From assembly GCF_001194135.2 (NCBI RefSeq), contig NC_068982.1, positions 75,104,736 to 75,165,295 on the forward strand: 60,560 nt of DNA, in the 5' to 3' direction. The DNA comes from Octopus bimaculoides (Eukaryota). How positions within the stretch are numbered: position 1 is the stretch's first letter; each line of letters begins with the position of its first letter. The notes below the pieces were generated by a model, which was not told the DNA's origin, did no database searches, and saw only the letters and a list, made by a program, of their open reading frames with translations. This document shows positions 1 through 12,086 of this stretch, piece by piece. The position numbers and the translations under genes were made by a program.

Positions 1-46
<46 letters not shown>
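1..46. repeat. (TA)n microsatellite
   Basis: Pure AT dinucleotide run at the window start. Confidence 0.97.
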
Positions 47-48
<2 letters not shown>

Positions 49-784
49 GTTGGAAAACTGATGACAGCTTGGAACATGGATATTAAAAGATGATGATATA
101 TATGTGCATATGTTATGTGTATATGTATGTATATATCCCATAATTCCTGAAATATCCTAAATACTAGGTTTTACACTTGACAATTCATCTTCCTTTGGGA
201 AGAATGAACAAGAGTGGTCGCTCCACTGAAGACAATATAATGGGGACCTCAATGCAAAATTTATTGCTGTCATCAAATAAATGACTGTAGATAAGATAGC
301 ATCCATTAATGAAGTTTTCCAAAACTGTGTTGGCCAACAATGAACAAAGAACATCTCAAGAACAAAAGTCAGAAGAACAGTGCTTGGAGAATAGAAGAAA
401 GCCTGAAGAAGTTGCAGCTGAAAGAAGGTATATTTGCTGCTCACCAAGAAAAGGAATGCAGTGAAAGAATTTCAAGGACAACTGATATCAACTATGCATG
501 TCTGCAGCTAAGAAGTATCGCAAAAACTGCTAATTGTTCCACTGTTTATGACCATCATACTTTGGCCTAATTACAATTATTATTATATGGTTGCTATGGA
601 GTTTGATCTCCATAGCAATGTGTGCGTTTACATTACTTCTGGCCTTGACACATGAGAAACAACCTACACAAAAAAATTTATCAAGGTTATATAACAAGAC
701 TCACAACATGACATAACAACACTCACAACAACAATAACAAAAATGCTTATATGCTACATGGAGATGGCAGTGGTTCCATCTTAT

Positions 785-1015
785 AATAATTGTTTCTAAT
801 TTTAGTACAGACCCAGCAATTTTAGGAGTAAGTCAATTACATCAACTCCAGTGCTTAACTGCTATTTATTTTATCAACCCTAAAAGGATGAAAGGCAAAG
901 TGACCCCAGTAGTATTTGAACTCAGAACATATGGGGCTGGAACAAATTGCAGTTAAGCATTTTGTCCAGGATTTTGTCCAGGGTGGTAACAATTCTGCCA
1001 GTTTACCACTTTGAA
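785..1015 (-). mobile_element. tRNA-derived SINE, family A, diverged copy
   Basis: Reverse complement of the family-A core (ccctaaaaggatgaaaggcaaagtgacc...atttgaactcagaac) seen more intact at 42905-43146. Confidence 0.8.
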
Positions 1016-1219
1016 ATAAAATAATGCCAGGAACAATACTTCCATTGCAACAATGTTAACATACTTAACACTTCTTTGAAAGTTCAAGAGAGGTCAGTCA
1101 GTAACCTTGCTAACTACAAAGATTAATTCTTGAGAATCTTCAATATAATCAGCTGATCTCTACTAAACCTTGTTAATGATGTCTTAAAAACATTCGACAA
1201 ACAAAGCTGAGAGTGACAT

Positions 1220-1385
1220 GCGTTTATCTTTTTATTTGTTTCAATCATTGGATTACGGTCATGCTGGAGCACTGCCTTGAAGGAATCAGTTAACAGAGTC
1301 CATTATCTTTTTACTGAACCACTAAGTTACAGGGATGTAAGCCAACCAACACTCGTTATCAAATGGTGAAAGGCAAAGACAAACA
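1220..1385 (-). mobile_element. SINE family B 3' half
   Basis: Matches the recurrent tail motif catgctggagcactgccttgaagga...ctaagttacagggatgta found in many copies, e.g. 20370-20772. Confidence 0.7.
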
Positions 1386-1916
1386 TTGCCTTTGTTTCAG
1401 TTAATTTTGATTATTAAGAATTCAGTAAAATACCATTATCTTTATTGAGTTGGTGTTTGGAATATAAATTAACATAAAATTTTGACAGAACATAATAATT
1501 CAGATCACTCTGGAACAGCAGGTTTGCATCATAGAATGAGGAGTAGTCTCAGACCCATTGGAATCAAAAGGGTTCACCTCATCCCCAATTCAAATACCAC
1601 TGATGTCAACTTCACCTTTCATTCTTCCAATGGGGGGATGGGTGATCATTAAAATAAATACTAATCAAGCACTAGGGCCAATGCAACAGACTGTGCCCCC
1701 ACATCCAAATTTCTGACCTTGTACTTGTGATTAAAATCAATTTAGATCCCTACTAAAGGTTCTAAATTCACATTCTGATTCTTACTGAAGATGAACTTTG
1801 TCTTTCACATCTCTGGAATTGATTAAAGAAATATTTAGTATTCTTCTGTTCTGAAATCGGTACAATAGGTTATACTCATACCATGCAAAAATTGGCTTTG
1901 AGCCAGAGTAAAAGAA

Positions 1917-1917
<1 letters not shown>

Positions 1918-1955
<38 letters not shown>

Positions 1956-2490
1956 GAGCGAGAGAGCAACACATGCCATCAAAGTGACACTGGGGTAAAA
2001 TATATCAAGCCCAGTATATCATCATGATTACCTGTCTGGCAAGGGTACACCAGGCACATGCCTCACAACCATATGTGCATGGCATGGTGATTTTATATCA
2101 TGATAAGCAGCACATGACCTTGCAGGTGGGGCCCAGTTAGAACTTTCTTCAGGTTGAATAGCCTACCCCACTCAAAAGGTCCTTGTTTAAGGATGTTGAA
2201 AGAAACATGTTTCCTGAGGCGAATTACTCAAACATCAAAGAATTCCTCTCAACACATGGCTATGATGCTCCCCAACTACTTCTGCTCATGATCAGAGATG
2301 CACATATCAGCCACTAAGGGACGTGTTCAACTGGTTAAGGTCAAACAATTGACAAGCAAATCTGTGGTACTGAGCAGAACATTTGCTATAGCCCAACTTT
2401 TATACTAAGACTAAACATGTACATGATAACACTTCCAATCAGTTAAGATCAGAAGCTATGAGAGCCAGTGCCTGTAACTGCATCAGGGAC
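1918..2490 (-). mobile_element. Retroposon 3' end with (AAT)n tail (family H)
   Basis: (TTA)n run 1918-1955 followed by ~530 bp homologous to 42340-42575 (atgcc(a/g)tcaaagtga(c/t)actggg...ttgcaggtgg). Confidence 0.65.
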
Positions 2491-2492
2491 AT

Positions 2493-2527
<35 letters not shown>

Positions 2528-2699
2528 TAGTTAGCAAGAGCTGAAGTCAAATTAAGAGGTTTGCACATATTTTTGCAATCTGAGGCTCAGAGGCATGAGG
2601 TGTTCTGTATTTCAAGGCAGTAAACTAGAATGAATCAAGGTGTTACTGGAGAAAAGTGTGCACAAAATGATGCATTTGCTCTCATTGATGCTGAAAAGA

Positions 2700-2960
2700 A
2701 AGAAATGCAATTATAAGAGGTTGTTTAATGAAGAGAATGCATGGAGGAGAGGAAGGGCCTATTGCAAGCTAACCCAACAGAGGGACTAGCCATTAAAGTT
2801 GAGAGCAGGGTGACTGAAAGCAGTATTAAGACAAGGAAGGCAGTCAGACCAGAACAGATAGGTCCCAAGGAGATGAAAATATCTGTGGAAGTAGGTTACA
2901 TGTGAATTACTTACAGAATTGATCAGGCAAAATAGGAAGATATCCTACACAATGACTAGC
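2700..2960 (+). pseudogene. Degenerate RTE-like LINE ORF2 fragment upstream of the RT domain
   Basis: Broken translation EENAW..NPTEGLAIKVES..KAVRPEQIGPKEMKIS resembles the RTE region preceding the RT (KAPGPSGITAEMLK-like), with frameshifts and stops. Confidence 0.5.
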
Positions 2961-3048
2961 ATTGTGAGAAGCATCATCATCATCTACAGCAATCTGAACT
3001 GAACAAAGCCATGTGAGTGGATGAAAACTGAAAGTAGCCTGCCATATA

Positions 3049-3168
<120 letters not shown>

Positions 3169-3169
3169 T

Positions 3170-3365
3170 CCCTTGTCTTGACATCACATGATGGTTAGAA
3201 ACAAGCATTACCATCATACAGTCTTTTGTGGAAAAAGATATGCGGCCATGGGGAAATATTGCCTTACTTGGAAACAGATGAGGGTTGGTAACAGGAAGGG
3301 CATCCAGCCATAGAAGATCTACCTCAATAAATTCTGTCTGACCCATGGAGAAGTGGACATTAAAC
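3170..3365 (+). mobile_element. Short retroposon sharing the RTE-type 3' tail (family J)
   Basis: cttgtcttgacatcacatgatgg...ggaagggcatccagccatagaa; further copies at about 4190-4385(-), 16090-16340(-), 43420-43640(+), 50440-50690(+) and 52270-52510(-). Confidence 0.65.
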
Positions 3366-4067
3366 AATAATTGATATATAATTATGTGTGTAAGGGGTTG
3401 TTTATGATTACCAGTGGCTGCAAATATGGCAAAATGCATAAGAAATTTGATTCACAACCATGAGAATCCAGGTTCAATCCCACTGCATGTCATCCTGGGC
3501 AGGTGCTTTTTACCTTAACCTCTAGTTGACCCAAGCCTTGTGAGTGAATTTTGGTCAAAGGAAACTGTGTTGAAGTCCATCGGATGGGCTGTACATGTAA
3601 TTCAAAATCCACCAATGTCACATGTTGTGTCATGCTAAGAATCTACCTGAGGCTTACTTTAATGGTAAATCTGTAGGGGGAATACTCAGCCACTTATACA
3701 GTTCAGTGAATGGATGACTGAGTTGATCAGACAACTATAATATCAAATTCATTAAATCTGATGAAGAATCCATTAATTATTAATGTTTACTGGTGTAAAC
3801 CAGTGCATCCAGCTGCATCAGTCCATGTCAAAATGCATAGCTAACGATTCAGTGAAAAGTAATCAATAAAATAAAACACAAATACAGAAATAAATACTGA
3901 GATCAATACAATCAAGTAAACCTCTCAAGTGTGGTGCTCTAGCATGGCCACAGTTTAATGACTGAAGCTACTAAAAAAATATTCATAGCTTGGCTAAATG
4001 AATTTAAAATAACAAGAAGTAGATGCAGACAGACAGACATCAGCTAAACCACAAATACACTACCACC

Positions 4068-4100
4068 ACCACCACCACCACCACCACCACCACCACCACA
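4068..4100. repeat. (CCA)n trinucleotide repeat
   Basis: Pure CCA run. Confidence 0.95.
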
Positions 4101-4399
4101 ATGCTGGTGCCATCACCGCCAATGCCAACACCGACGCTGACGATGCCGTCTTCATCATCCTTACTCTTATCATCATAACCATCATCCAATTTCCCAAGCT
4201 TGCCTGGATTGGATAGAGTTTATTGAGATAGATTTTCAATGGCCAGATGCCCTTCCTGTTACCAACTCTCACCTGCTTCTAAACAAGGCAAATTTTTCCC
4301 ATGGCCACTTAATACTGGTTGTATGACAATGACACTTATTTACAACTATTACATAATGTCAAGACAAAGAGACACAAACCTACATGCACTTACATTCGT

Positions 4400-4508
4400 A
4401 TATACACTTCATATACATACATACATACATATACATATATGGATACATACATGCATATACATATATGCATATATGCATACATACATACATATCATATATA
4501 TATAAACT

Positions 4509-4546
<38 letters not shown>

Positions 4547-4564
4547 CATATGCATGTATGCATG

Positions 4565-4610
<46 letters not shown>
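4400..4610. repeat. Compound microsatellite (TACA)n/(GATA)n/(CA)n
   Basis: Directly visible adjacent simple repeats. Confidence 0.92.
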
Positions 4611-4612
<2 letters not shown>

Positions 4613-4760
4613 AGCTTTCTTTCAATTTCAGTTTATCAAATCCACATACAAGGCTCTGGTTAACTACAGTAGAAGGCACTTGACTAAGGTGCCACGCAGT
4701 GGGACTGAACCCAAAACCTTTGGTTCAGAAGCAATCTTCTTAATCACACAGCCACGCTAA
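4610..4760 (-). mobile_element. SINE family B 5' half (tRNA head plus CORE-like segment)
   Basis: Reverse complement of ggttcagtcccactgcgtggcacctt...ctactgtag; B-box-like GGTTCAGTCCC. Confidence 0.75.
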
Positions 4761-5123
4761 CAAAAACTGTAAAAAAACAAAACTGAAGAAAGGCTATCAT
4801 CATCAACATCATCACCAGCATTATTAAACTCCATCCTCACCGCCAACAATCCACATGTAGCATCTTCATTCCTCTTACCACTACCAGCACAGCTCCCTCC
4901 CACTCATCCTCATTATCTTCATTATCATCATCCATTATTATTACCATTATCATCATCACCAACAATAACCCATGTCTAAGTATGGAAGGTGAGGGCTTAA
5001 CGTTAGGGAAATATGACTGACAAATTTCATCTAATTCTTTAATTAAAATCAATAGAATAATCTAATCATTGAAATCCCATAGTTTTAAAGATTTTGCATA
5101 ATTGAGGCTATTGCTAGCTCTCC

Positions 5124-5125
<2 letters not shown>

Positions 5126-5194
<69 letters not shown>

Positions 5195-5424
5195 NNNNNN
5201 NNNNNNNNNNNNNNNNNNNNNNNNNNNNNNNNNNNNNNNNNNNNNNNNNNNNNNNNNNNNNNNNNNNNNNNNNNNNNNNNNNNNNNNNNNNNNNNNNNNN
5301 NNNNNNNNNNNNNNNNNNNNNNNNNNNNNNNNNNNNNNNNNNNNNNNNNNNNNNNNNNNNNNNNNNNNNNNNNNNNNNNNNNNNNNNNNNNNNNNNNNNN
5401 NNNNNNNNNNNNNNNNNNNNNNNN

Positions 5425-5476
<52 letters not shown>
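5126..5476. repeat. (GT)n - gap - (CA)n microsatellites
   Basis: GT run 5126-5194, N-gap 5195-5424, CA run 5425-5476. Confidence 0.95.
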
Positions 5477-5480
<4 letters not shown>

Positions 5481-5879
5481 TACATATACATATGTAAAAG
5501 GTGATGTATACAGATGTGTGATCATATGTGTTATATGTGTGTGAATAAAAATAAGAAAGTGTGTGTGTGTGCGCAAATCTAGGTAGAAAGAAAAAGAGAT
5601 ACACTAAAAGGTGAAATTCAAAGATAGCACCAGCAAAAGGAAGCACAAACAGATAAAGACAGAGAAATCTTTCTTCACAAAAATAATTCCTCTTTTAGAA
5701 AAAATTCTTTAATGGTGTTGAGAAGTTGGAGACTACACAGAATAAAACAGAAACCGAACTTGGTCAAAGAACTGTTGAAATAATATTTTCTATAATTTCT
5801 TCATTTCTGAGATCTTCCTTTTACTGTGCCTACTATTGCACCTCATGCTTCTTCACCTGGAAGCTGTGATTGACTACTT

Positions 5880-6430
5880 TAGCTATTTTGCATTTAAACT
5901 GACCATATCCAGCCCCAAATATTCTACCCGTCTTATGTTCAAATTGATCAGATCTGGCTTCTCACACCTCCCCACAATGCCATTCAATGCCATTCAAAAA
6001 ATAAACAATTAATCATCAAAATCTTCAAGTTACAAGATAATGTATTATTAATTCAAAATATTCTGTTGTGTCTGGGGAGTCATTTTCTTATTGTGCCTTA
6101 TAATTTAACACACTCAACGGTAAAATTTCCACTTATTTCTTATTTTTATTTTCCTAAAATTTTCAAGACTATTGAAAAGGTTGCAAAATGCAACGAAAAT
6201 TTTAGGAAAATAAAAATAAGAAATAAGTGGAAATTTTACCGGTGAGTGCTTAAATTATAAGGCACAATAAGAAAATGACTCTCCCCAGACATAACAGAAT
6301 ATGCTTCAACACACGAAAACACATAAAAAATCTTGCAAACCAAATCCAAAAACGAAATATAATTCAAAATATATAATATGAATATATAATCATTACATTT
6401 GACAAAATAATCTGAATGCTAAAGGGTTAA
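5880..6430 (+). mobile_element. piggyBac-like MITE (family E) interrupted by a palindromic insertion
   Basis: Right end aatgctaaaGGG-TTAA at 6416-6430; interior matches the copy at 35225-35441; split by the 6062-6359 insert. Confidence 0.7.
6061..6360. mobile_element. Long-hairpin insertion with 13-bp flanking direct repeat, probably a Penelope-like terminus
   Basis: Inverted arms of about 105 bp (6061-6164 and 6195-6300); taattcaaaatat at 6049-6061 and 6360-6372. Confidence 0.7.
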
Positions 6431-6599
6431 TACATTGATCCCTTATTCACTTTGTATCTTGAGATGTTCTAGCGTCTAGTCGCCAACATCTCTATTTTCT
6501 TTCCAGCTACTCCCACCTACCCTCATCTAATGTAAAGTAGCCATGTATCTCTTTTATTGTCCCTCTGTCATACTTAGGCCTCTCAACACCTTGTATAAA

Positions 6600-6755
6600 A
6601 CCACCACACTCTCTCAATACATGAAAAAGAGCACCCAGCACACACTGTAGAATGGTTGGCATCAGGAAGGGTATCTAGTCACAGAAACCATGTCAAAGTC
6701 ACATTGGAACAAGTGCAGCCCTATGGTTCACCAGATCCTGCCAGCTTGCAGGGAG
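6600..6755 (+). mobile_element. RTE-type 3'-UTR fragment (family C)
   Basis: aaaaagagcacccagcacacactgtagaatggttggcatcaggaagggtatc matches the RTE tail at 27750-27925. Confidence 0.65.
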
Positions 6756-6795
6756 GAGGAGGAGATGATTGATGAAAGTTTGTCTGTGAACAAAA

Positions 6796-7446
6796 TTAAC
6801 TCTTTTGATACTAAACCACCTGAAACTACTTCTAGTTCTATGATACAAACTTCCTGTTTCAAAATAATCGTAATTAAAACCTTCCATCAAAATTCTATGC
6901 TAATTTATGCTTTAGATATCAGCTTAATAATTGTTTCAAATTTTGGTGTAAGGCCAGCAATTTTAGGGGGAGTGGAATAAGTTGATTACTTGACTGATAG
7001 CTTATTTTATTAATCCCAAAAGGATGAAAAACAAAGCTGACCTTGGCAAGAGTTGAATTTAGAACATAAGGTGTCAGAAGAAATGCCACTAAGTACTTTG
7101 TTCAACACACCAACAATTCTGCTAGCTCAATTTAATAATCCTTTCTACTATAGGCACAATGCCTGAAATTTGAGGGAGGGGGCTAGTCAATTACATTGAC
7201 CCCAGTACTCAACTGGTACTTATTTCATCAACCCTGAAAAGATGAAAGGCAAAGTTGACCTCAGTAGAATTTGAACTCAGAACATAAGGATGGATGAAAT
7301 GCCACTAAGTATTTTGTCCAACACACCAACAATTTTGATAGCTCGGCTCAATAATAACTGCTACTTTAATAAATTCATTATTATTTTCAAAATTAATTAA
7401 AACAAAGACAGGGATTTTGATAGAACTACGTAACAAAAGGGTTTAA
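6796..7446 (+). mobile_element. piggyBac-like MITE (family E2) carrying two SINE-A insertions
   Basis: Ends TTAA-ctcttttgatac and taacaaaaGGGtTTAA; interior matches 44606-44829; SINE-A copies occupy about 6930-7345. Confidence 0.6.
6930..7345 (-). mobile_element. Two head-to-tail SINE family A copies
   Basis: Two successive copies (about 6930-7130 and 7135-7345), each with the aggatgaaa..caaag(c/t)tgacct core but with different tails. Confidence 0.8.
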
Positions 7447-8029
7447 GCACATCAGAAAAATAGCTTTACATTATACAACCATGTATTCAGCAAGATTCTT
7501 TATCCTCTTATCTTCTTCAAATCTTAATACACACTAGTAATTTACACAGTTTCCCATTGTCCATATCACAGACATTCTGGCTTTTATTTCAACACAAACT
7601 TTCTATGTTTGCTAAATTCTTCTGGTTGATAAGTCTTCAATAAGAAAGATACATAGGAAAATCTTTATAACCCAACACACACTTTCAATTTTCATTGGAA
7701 TGTCCAACATTTGCTTCTTGTCCATTGAGAATGGTAAAAGCAATATTTTTATTCAGAGCTGTTTCTGAAAGAGAAGCATTTGTAGCTGAAGTCTGCTTGG
7801 AGAGCTTATCAAAATTCTTTCAGAACAATTGTGAACAATACAAGAGAATACAAGACTTCAATTATGCTGTCTTGTAGAATCCAGACAAGGAACAAAAAAG
7901 ATACTATAAATACTTATACTGTTGGCTTTATTGTTTTATTAAACTATTTCACATTAAAAGTATATATGTTTCCATGTGTGTGTGTGTGATGGGGGGGGGG
8001 GGTAAAATCAGCAGCAACAGCATTTAACG

Positions 8030-8560
8030 TCCATTTTCCATGCATGGGTTGGACTGTTTGAGTGGTGCTGGTAAGGCCAGGATCCACACCGGGCTCCTTT
8101 GTTTTGCCATGGTTTCAATAGCTGGATGCCCATCCTAACAACAACCACTTTACAGAGTGTACTGAGTGCTTTTTACATGGTACCAGCACTGGTGGACTTT
8201 TTATGTGGCACCAGCACTGACAGGTCACAAAGTAACTTGTAAGACAAAGACACCTTCAGCTGGGAGGAGGAAGTAGTAGAAATTGGGAGGGAGTACTTTG
8301 TGCCAGTTGATAAGAGATTAACAGTATAAAGAGACAGGGACAGATGTCTTGCTGTAGAGTAGATACAGGGATACCCCTGTTGGAAAAGAAAAGAGAGTAA
8401 GTTAAAGAGAACAACAGTGAGAGAAATGGTGGTGAAGATATGTTGGGACATGCCCTCAAGGGACATTGGGGCGGATGAGAATAGATAAGACGATATAGAA
8501 GTTTGGACTGGATGAGTGGGCAGGATTGTGACAAATGAGGGGGAGATATATAAAAGAGGC
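8030..8560 (-). mobile_element. RTE-type 3'-UTR element (family C, long form)
   Basis: Begins catttaacgtccattttccatgcatgggttgg, the reverse complement of the RTE tail, and includes gctggatgccc. Confidence 0.7.
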
Positions 8561-8589
8561 TCGGGGGTGGTGTTTGCAGTATATATACA

Positions 8590-9335
8590 TGCTCTGTTGC
8601 ACACGTACACTGACATTGCACATCCAGCAGAGCATATTGGCTTCATTTCTCTCTAATTTTCACATGTCCTTTGCATCCAGGGCCCACATCTCACTACCAT
8701 GTAGCACTGTTGTTCGTACACATGCATCATACAATCGTCCTTTCAACCAGAGAGAGACCATCGGTTGCCAATAAGGGTTGCTCTCTGAATTTTCTACATC
8801 CTATTCTTATGCTTGCAATTACACTTTCCACACATCCTCCTCCATTGTTAAATTAAGTAGTAGAAATTATCCACTACCTCTAAAGAGCCTCCGGGGCATT
8901 TGGGAAATCAATTTCTTGTGTATCTCTACTCTTTATAGCTCCTGTGCATCTTCCATATACAAACTCTACTTTCTCTGATAACTTTCCAATTATTCCACTG
9001 CACCTCTTGTGTGTCCATAGCTTGCACTGGGTGCACTATGGAATTCCTGCCAACAACTTCCCTACATATCAAGTAGGGCCATTTACCTGATGGGAGTATG
9101 GTCCTGTCCATTTTCTTGCTTAATAGAGCCTTAGTCTTTGCTAAGTTAATTTTAAGGCCCTTCATTTCCAAGATTTGTTTCCACACTTGGAATTTCTTTT
9201 CTGGTTGTTACAGAATCTTCTATGAGCAAGATCATCAGCATACAGCAGTTCCCAGGGGCAGTGGTGTTGAATTCTTCTGTTATGTCCTAGAGGACAATGA
9301 TGAATAGAAGGAGACTGATAGCTAAACATTGATGA
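8590..9335 (-). pseudogene. RTE-like LINE reverse transcriptase fragment with YADD core and PHD-like finger
   Basis: Minus-strand translation LLLFIIVL*DITEEF / CPWELLYADDLA (YADD at 9231-9242) / KGLKINLAKTK / CTQCKLWTHKRCSG; 8600-8780 is homologous to 27010-27200. Multiple frameshifts and stops. Confidence 0.88.
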
Positions 9336-9536
9336 ACACCTACCTGTACACTACATTCATCACCATACCCACATTTAACTCTCACCTTACTGACAGAACC
9401 TTTGTACATGGCCTGCACAGCTTTCACAAGTCACATGTCTATCCCAAGATTTAATATTTGAAAGCACTTTGAAGAATAACAACTGAGTATTCATTTACTG
9501 ATGGTGTGACTCAAAACCAAGAATAGGGTCGATCTG

Positions 9537-9614
<78 letters not shown>

Positions 9615-10415
9615 NNNNNNNNNNNNNNNNNNNNNNNNNNNNNNNNNNNNNNNNNNNNNNNNNNNNNNNNNNNNNNNNNNNNNNNNNNNNNNNNNNNNNN
9701 NNNNNNNNNNNNNNNNNNNNNNNNNNNNNNNNNNNNNNNNNNNNNNNNNNNNNNNNNNNNNNNNNNNNNNNNNNNNNNNNNNNNNNNNNNNNNNNNNNNN
9801 NNNNNNNNNNNNNNNNNNNNNNNNNNNNNNNNNNNNNNNNNNNNNNNNNNNNNNNNNNNNNNNNNNNNNNNNNNNNNNNNNNNNNNNNNNNNNNNNNNNN
9901 NNNNNNNNNNNNNNNNNNNNNNNNNNNNNNNNNNNNNNNNNNNNNNNNNNNNNNNNNNNNNNNNNNNNNNNNNNNNNNNNNNNNNNNNNNNNNNNNNNNN
10001 NNNNNNNNNNNNNNNNNNNNNNNNNNNNNNNNNNNNNNNNNNNNNNNNNNNNNNNNNNNNNNNNNNNNNNNNNNNNNNNNNNNNNNNNNNNNNNNNNNNN
10101 NNNNNNNNNNNNNNNNNNNNNNNNNNNNNNNNNNNNNNNNNNNNNNNNNNNNNNNNNNNNNNNNNNNNNNNNNAAGTGCATTCAACATATCTCACCACCA
10201 AAGATCTGGCTGCTATTTCTAGCACACCCTGCTACCATGTCACAGCTATTTGCGATAAAGGACCCAAACTACATGTTACATGGTAGCAGGACATGCAAGA
10301 AATAGCAACCAAATCTTCCCTTTTCTGGAAAAGAAGTAAAAAAAACCACGAAACAAAACTCCATTGCTGAGAAACTCAAAGTTTCCCAGTGACCTAACAG
10401 GTCATGTATAGTCTA

Positions 10416-10454
<39 letters not shown>

Positions 10455-10676
10455 TATGCATATTCTGAAGTATATTATGTACACGTCTGAATAGCTCAAG
10501 AGCAGATTATATACTCAGTTGGGTCCAATTAACTGTATATATTACTCAAATATCATTCTGGCAGTACTTCTGTACCGAGGTTGGTATTCATCTGTTATTG
10601 TTGTGTGTGCATTTTATTCTGGCCTAACTAGGTGCCTCACCTTTAAGTACCTCATTCAAATGCATCTTGTTATATT

Positions 10677-10739
<63 letters not shown>

Positions 10740-11120
10740 TGTATATATGTATGCATGTATGTACTAACTGTTTGACCTGGCGTTGTTCATGTTTTCTGTG
10801 TTGAAGTTAAGCCCACCTCTGACCTTGTATTGAAATCTTCTATGTTCCCCGTGCCAATTATTACCCATTAAGATGTTATATCTGGTTCGACAGGGATTTT
10901 ACCCAGTTAATGCTTTCAACATACTCCTGCATACTGGACCATTTGAAATTACAGTCAAACTTTTGAGTGTACATCGACCTGTTGACAGTCATGTTTGTTT
11001 ATTTCTCTCCCTTTAATGCCACCCTCTGCACAAAATTGATCAGAATGTCAATGTCAGCAAAATCCAAAGAAAAGTGTTAAGGTTATGTCATTAAATAGAA
11101 TCCATGTGACCATCGTTCAT

Positions 11121-11722
11121 TCAACCAGTTAATTGGCTAGGCTTGTCAAAGTTCATTTGTTGCTGCTATTTGCATCCTCATCAATGACACACCCTCTCTA
11201 CCCCTGAGGCTACAGTAAATGACACTTTCCCAAGGTTCCACAGAGTGGAACAGAACCTAAAAGGATGTGGTTGGGAAACAAACTTCTTAACCACAGAGTC
11301 AAGCTTGCACTTACTATTTCCTCAATAAAAAGTCAATAGTCAATCAGGAATCAATAGGAAATCAGTCAAGAATCTACAGTAATTCAATGGTCTCATCACT
11401 GTACTTGCATGAGTTGTGGGTGAATCTAAAATGCTGTACAATGATGGTGACTGCAGAGATATTCATATGTCATTTATTTCATTTGTGGAAGTACATCATA
11501 TCACGTGCACTGTCTGTATTTGTTAACTGGTTAACTATTTAATTACTAATCAGTTGAATTAATCATTCAGTTAATCAATCAGTTATGTTTGTCAAAGTCC
11601 CTTCATTACCATTTGCAACCTCTTCAATGACATGCCCTGGAGTAGAGAGGGTATGTCATTGATAAAGATGTAAATAGCAGCTACAAAAGAACTTTGACAA
11701 GCCTAGCCAATTAACTGGTTGA
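11121..11722. repeat. 81-bp inverted repeat pair (11121-11201 and 11642-11722)
   Basis: 75/81 identity by manual alignment; a third, more diverged copy lies at about 11575-11640. Confidence 0.85.
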
Positions 11723-12033
11723 TTGAACAATTAATCAGACAACTGATTACTTAATTTTCTAAACCAATTAACAAATAAATAATTAATTTGTTAAACAAAT
11801 TAACAAATAATAAAAGAAGTGAAACTGAACCAGTGTGTGTGTTTGTTATTGGCATAATAACTCTCCCGTGATACAACAAAATCTGTTTCAACACTTGAGT
11901 TTACATCAAGAATCATGGAAACCAAATACAAAAATGAAATAGATCGTTTCAATTGTAAAACAAAAATATCTAAAGTCTGATTAAACACCATCACATCTCA
12001 CCTCACTTTGCCATTACATCTTAATATCTCATC

Positions 12034-12083
<50 letters not shown>

Positions 12084-12086
12084 GCC

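Noticed and set aside
9491-10305. 225-254-aa ORFs
   Set aside because: The length comes from a 559-N gap plus a (GT)n run.
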